Positions 44,401 through 48,263 of a DNA stretch of 48,263 nt are shown piece after piece. Location of the stretch: NCBI GenBank assembly GCA_964519595.1, contig CAZFJN010000004.1, positions 8,879 through 57,141 of the forward strand, written 5' to 3'. The position numbers and the translations under genes were made by a program. The stretch's first letter is position 1. Each line of letters opens with the position of its first letter. Source of the stretch: an uncultured Rickettsiales bacterium. Its GTDB lineage: Bacteria; Pseudomonadota; Alphaproteobacteria; Rickettsiales; SXRF01. The notes beneath the pieces are model-generated. The model made no database searches and had not been told where the DNA came from. It worked only from the letters and a program-made list of their open reading frames with translations.

Positions 44401-45168
44401 CTAAAGATTAGATTTTCTGGCGACTGCAAATGGTGAAAAAGCCTGCATTACTGGCATTATTTCCAGACGATTGACATTCATATGCGGCGGACGGTTTATG
44501 CACCAGATTATTGAATCAGCTATATCTTCCGCAGTTAGCGGCTGTATTCCTTCATAAACACTCTTGGCGCGGTTTTCGTCACCATGAAAGCGGACTTTTG
44601 AAAATTCCGTATCACACATTCCAGGTTCAATATTAGTCACGCGGATATTGCGGCCAAGCAGATCAGCGCGCAGATTCAAGGAAAATTGCGCGACAAAGGC
44701 TTTGGAAGCGCCGTAAACATTGCCGCCAGGATAAGGATAAGTTCCTGCGACTGAGCCGATATTGACAATATGTCCGCAATTGCGGCTGATCATTCCGGGC
44801 AGTATTGCGCCGGTTACGAAGATCATGCCGTTTATATTAGTTTCAATCATCTGCTGATTATCTTCAGGAAGCTGATTCTCAAAGCTTGAACAGCCGAGAG
44901 CTAAGCCAGCATTATTAACCAGAATATCAATTGCCGCCAGTTCAGAAGGAAGTTCAGCAACTGCCTGTTCAACAGCCTGTTTGTTGCGAACATCAAGGCT
45001 TATTGTGTGTATATCAGGATATTGCGCGACCAACTCGCGCAGTCGTTCTTCTCTGCGTCCTGCCGCTATTACCTTTGCGCCAGCGGCAGAGCAGGAAACA
45101 GAAAGAGCGCGTCCGAAACCGGAAGTAGCGCCAGTAATGAAGATAGTTTTTTTCTGCAAAGAGCGCAT
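44401..45168 (-). CDS. SDR-family NADP-dependent oxidoreductase (YdfG-like)
   Basis: TGATSGFG cofactor motif, NNAG, and YGASKAF catalytic motif. Confidence 0.88.
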   Translation of the reverse strand: MRSLQKKTIFITGATSGFGRALSVSCSAAGAKVIAAGRREERLRELVAQYPDIHTISLDVRNKQAVEQAVAELPSELAAIDILVNNAGLALGCSSFENQLPEDNQQMIETNINGMIFVTGAILPGMISRNCGHIVNIGSVAGTYPYPGGNVYGASKAFVAQFSLNLRADLLGRNIRVTNIEPGMCDTEFSKVRFHGDENRAKSVYEGIQPLTAEDIADSIIWCINRPPHMNVNRLEIMPVMQAFSPFAVARKSNL

Positions 45169-45172
45169 TTAC

Positions 45173-45415
45173 TCATTTTTTCATTAAGCGCATACCAAAA
45201 AAGGTACATAGCCAGCAGGTAAGCATAAATACGACAATTTGTCCAAGCTCTCTGCCAGGAACAACTGAAGCTATTACAAAGCCAATGGAAGGAACGGCAA
45301 GGACAGCAACAACCAGCGATGACCACCAGTAAATATCGCCGCTTTGATATTTATAGCAGTTTTTTGAGCTGTTTCCGGATGTTTTATCGCCGGATTTTGT
45401 ATCATTATTGTTCAT
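45173..45415 (-). CDS. small membrane protein (two predicted TM helices), hypothetical
   Basis: 80-aa ORF with an AGGAG SD 9 nt upstream. It has two hydrophobic stretches (WWSSLVVAVLAVPSIGFVIASVV; IVVFMLTCWLCTFFGM). Its stop is 4 nt from the SDR start, so co-transcription is likely. Confidence 0.55.
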   Translation of the reverse strand: MNNNDTKSGDKTSGNSSKNCYKYQSGDIYWWSSLVVAVLAVPSIGFVIASVVPGRELGQIVVFMLTCWLCTFFGMRLMKK

Positions 45416-45614
45416 AATAATAAGCTCCTGTTACAAAATACTACAAAATACTGTTACAAAACATAATAACTCAACAAGTTAAATGCTGTTACAATAACGA
45501 TATTCCTTATTATTTAATATATAGTTAATCAAGCAGACGGCAAAGCGGTTTAAATAAGTTATTTAAGCAAGTTAGTTAAGGACTTTTTTCAAGTAATTCA
45601 TAAAAATTCTGCGT

Positions 45615-47033
45615 TTAATCTTCTCTGCCAGCAACATCTTCATAAACCGGAAGATATACGCTGAATGTGCTGCCTTCGCCGCCAGTGCTGGTTATTTCCA
45701 AAGCGCCATGATGACGATTAAGGACGTGTTTTACTATAGCAAGGCCAAGTCCGGTGCCGCCAACTTTACGAGTTCTTGCAGAATCAACGCGGTAAAAACG
45801 CTCGGTAAGTCGTGGAATATGTTCATTTGGAATACCTTCGCCTTGATCATGCACGGAAAAAACAATAGCTCTTTTCAGCGAGCGGAAGGCGGTATCTTCC
45901 GGCAGTTGCGAGGTGACTTTTGCGGTTATTGTGATGTCAGTATCCGGCATGGTGTATTTTATAGCGTTAGAGAGCAGATTACGCACAACTTGCGCGATTT
46001 CCTCGTCTTCGCCGCGAGTTGGCGGCAGCGAATCATTTACCTTCATGCGGATAGTTACATTCTTCTGTTTACAAGCCCACTCGAAATGTTGTTTTTCACT
46101 GCGGATTATACGAAGCAGATCAACGCGGCCAAGAGGAATCTGATGCGCGTTCATTTCTATTTTAGATAATGACAGCAAATCGCTGACCAGCTTTGACATG
46201 CGCTCCGCCTGCTCAGCAATTACTTTCAGAAATTCCTCACGCGCGGAAATATCATCTTTTGCAGGACCACGCAGAGTTTCAATAAAGCCGATTATGGAAG
46301 CAAGAGGAGTGCGAATTTCATGACTGGCATTTGCCACAAAATCAGCGCGCATACGTTGAATGCGTTTCTGGCTGGTTATGTCTGTCATGGTGATGACAAT
46401 GGAAATTCCGCCGGCTGAAGGAATCGGAAATCGTTCAATTATTGCCTGAAAATCACGGACGGCAGGATCTTCCATGTGGAATTCAATTTCCTGTCCTTGA
46501 ATATCTTCTACTACTGCTGTGATTGAATTTATCAGCTTGTCATTAGGAATTATGTCACGCAAATTTCTGCCGGCCAGATTTTGTCCAAAAATATTACGCG
46601 CGGCGCGGTTAGTGCGAACTATTACTTTATCATCATTAGTCATGATTAGAATATCCGGCAGAGTATCAACCAGAATTTCCCGCTCGGTAATTACTGTTTC
46701 CATTTCATGACGTTTCTGTTCCCAGCTGTTTTGCAGTCGCGTCAAAGCTGCGGAAAGCTCGCCGACATTGCTTAGAAAAGAAAGGCTTGGCGCACGAACG
46801 CGTTTGTCCTGAGCCAGATCATCAACATAGCGCGTAATGGCATTTATATTTGATAAAAAAGGGATAACTACCAGCAGAGAAAGCGCCAGAATTGCTACAT
46901 AACCATAAATAACATCGTCAATATCAAGCGAACCAGAGGCGGCAAGTACGATCAGCGCAACCAGAGAAGGAGCTGAAAACGCCAGCAATGTCTGTAAAAG
47001 ACTGCCGAATGGAATTGCCTGTTTTGAATTCAT
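45615..47033 (-). CDS. phoR: PAS-domain sensor histidine kinase, PhoR-like
   Basis: N-terminal TM region, a PAS segment, HisKA DFVANASHEIRTPLASIIGFIETLRGPAKDD (very PhoR-like), and HATPase (GGTGLGLAIVKHV). Confidence 0.8.
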   Translation of the reverse strand: MNSKQAIPFGSLLQTLLAFSAPSLVALIVLAASGSLDIDDVIYGYVAILALSLLVVIPFLSNINAITRYVDDLAQDKRVRAPSLSFLSNVGELSAALTRLQNSWEQKRHEMETVITEREILVDTLPDILIMTNDDKVIVRTNRAARNIFGQNLAGRNLRDIIPNDKLINSITAVVEDIQGQEIEFHMEDPAVRDFQAIIERFPIPSAGGISIVITMTDITSQKRIQRMRADFVANASHEIRTPLASIIGFIETLRGPAKDDISAREEFLKVIAEQAERMSKLVSDLLSLSKIEMNAHQIPLGRVDLLRIIRSEKQHFEWACKQKNVTIRMKVNDSLPPTRGEDEEIAQVVRNLLSNAIKYTMPDTDITITAKVTSQLPEDTAFRSLKRAIVFSVHDQGEGIPNEHIPRLTERFYRVDSARTRKVGGTGLGLAIVKHVLNRHHGALEITSTGGEGSTFSVYLPVYEDVAGRED

Positions 47034-47078
47034 AAGCCAATTCTAGCACGCCGCTATAGGTTTTTAAAAGCGCAAAAA

Positions 47079-48125
47079 TCATGATTGGCGCAAAAATCCG
47101 ATAGCGGATTTTATTTCATTCATGGTGTTTTCTGATAATGTTGCTGCGCGTTCAATGCCGCGTTTTAGAATAAGATCAAGGTGAGCTTGATCATTCATCA
47201 AGTCGCGCATTTTTTTAGTTATCGGCGCAAGATGGCTGACTGCCGCATCGCTGAGCTTGCTTTTAAAGGCAGAAAAATTCAGATGCGCGCATTCAGAAAC
47301 AGCCTGCTCAATAGTCTGATTGGAAAAAGCGGCATAAATAGCAAGCAGATTAGCTGCTTCCGGGCGGTTCTTTTCATCAAAACTTATGCCTTCAACCATA
47401 TCTGATTTAGCTTTGCGGAATTTAAGCGCTATTGCATCAGAATCATCAGTAAGATTAAGGCGCGAATAATCTGATTCATCAGATTTGCTCATTTTTTTAG
47501 TGCCGTCGCGCAGGCTCATAACACGCGTGGTATTGCCGAGAATAAGCGGCTCAGGAAGTGGAAATAAATCCGCCGCATAATGACGGTTAAATGCTCCGGC
47601 AATATCACGCGCTAATTCCAGATGCTGTTTCTGATCTTCGCCGACTGGCACATGCGTTGCTTTATAAAGCAATATATCAGCGGCCATTAAAACCGGATAG
47701 CTGTAAAGGCCAAGAACAGCTTTTTCCTTATCTTTGCCAGCTTTTTCTTTGAATTGCGTCATTCTGTTCAGCCAGCCAAGCGGCGTGTGACAGGAAAGAA
47801 TCCAGGCCAGCTCAGCATGTCCTGAGATTGCTGATTGTGGAAAAATAGCGCATTTTTCTGGATTTATGCCGCAAGCTATGTAAGCAGCGGCGGTTTCGCG
47901 AACATTACGCTGCAAAGATGCAGGATTCTGAGGAACAGTAATGGCATGAAGATCAGCCAGCATGAAATAGCATTCATAGCTGTTTTGCAGAGCAACCCAG
48001 TTGCGAATTGCGCCTAGATAATTGCCAAGATGCAGATTACCAGTAGGCTGAACGCCGGAAAGAATGCGCTTACTGATAATTTCAGTTTTATTTTCATTTT
48101 CAGTGGATAATGACATATTTAGCAA
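47079..48125 (-). CDS. trpS: tryptophan--tRNA ligase
   Basis: Class I signatures: GVQPTGNLHLGNYLG (HIGH-type) and KMSKS. Confidence 0.95.
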   Translation of the reverse strand: MLNMSLSTENENKTEIISKRILSGVQPTGNLHLGNYLGAIRNWVALQNSYECYFMLADLHAITVPQNPASLQRNVRETAAAYIACGINPEKCAIFPQSAISGHAELAWILSCHTPLGWLNRMTQFKEKAGKDKEKAVLGLYSYPVLMAADILLYKATHVPVGEDQKQHLELARDIAGAFNRHYAADLFPLPEPLILGNTTRVMSLRDGTKKMSKSDESDYSRLNLTDDSDAIALKFRKAKSDMVEGISFDEKNRPEAANLLAIYAAFSNQTIEQAVSECAHLNFSAFKSKLSDAAVSHLAPITKKMRDLMNDQAHLDLILKRGIERAATLSENTMNEIKSAIGFLRQS

Positions 48126-48263
48126 TTATATTAATATTGACTACGATTTTAATTATTACGATCTTAGAGGCTCTTACATAATCTTTATATAATAAACTTA
48201 ACAATCGAACGCAATGATTTAGCCACAGAATAATTCAGCTATAGAATAATTTAGCAAGATAGT

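Overview
This is a chromosomal segment from an alphaproteobacterium. The lineage call rests on CtrA, ChpT, RcdA, alpha-type AddA/AddB, PhoR and BamE. By eye, coding GC is in the low-to-mid 40s and intergenic DNA is very AT-rich. It is probably a motile, possibly host-associated lineage, but that is inference. I support 41 CDSs. In order: queD, a secreted orphan, and an atypical regulator pair (degenerate REC-Fis HTH, XRE-S24). Then chpT sits directly upstream of a cheA(REC)-cheW-cheY-cheB-cheR operon, with a convergent ctrA and then fliI-fliJ. Next come a csoR-like gene, bamE, glpX, phaC, three LPS/O-antigen genes, an orphan RepA/AAA_25-like ATPase, addB, guaB, a low-GC orphan and rhlE. After those: an ornithine decarboxylase plus deoxyhypusine-synthase-like pair, rmuC, glmU, pncC, pgpA, trpBA, a truncated glutamine-synthetase-like gene, trxA, addA, rcdA, an SDR, a small membrane protein, phoR and trpS. 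I saw no rRNA, tRNA, CRISPR, transposase or integrase. The main non-genic signal is pervasive short tandem repeats (period 8-22 bp). They occur in nearly every intergenic region and in frame inside housekeeping genes. There are also foldbacks whose arms are made of such repeats, two MITE-like palindromic elements, and tandem duplications spanning stop codons. The leading hypotheses are: (1) a chemosensory operon physically wired to the CtrA phosphorelay (chpT-cheA-REC ... ctrA ... fliIJ, with rcdA nearby); (2) an addB-addA-trxA operon split by a single inversion of about 17.5 kb; (3) an orphan RepA-like ATPase and a compositionally foreign orphan gene as candidates for uncharacterised functions. 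All homology calls come from motif recognition by eye, not from searches.
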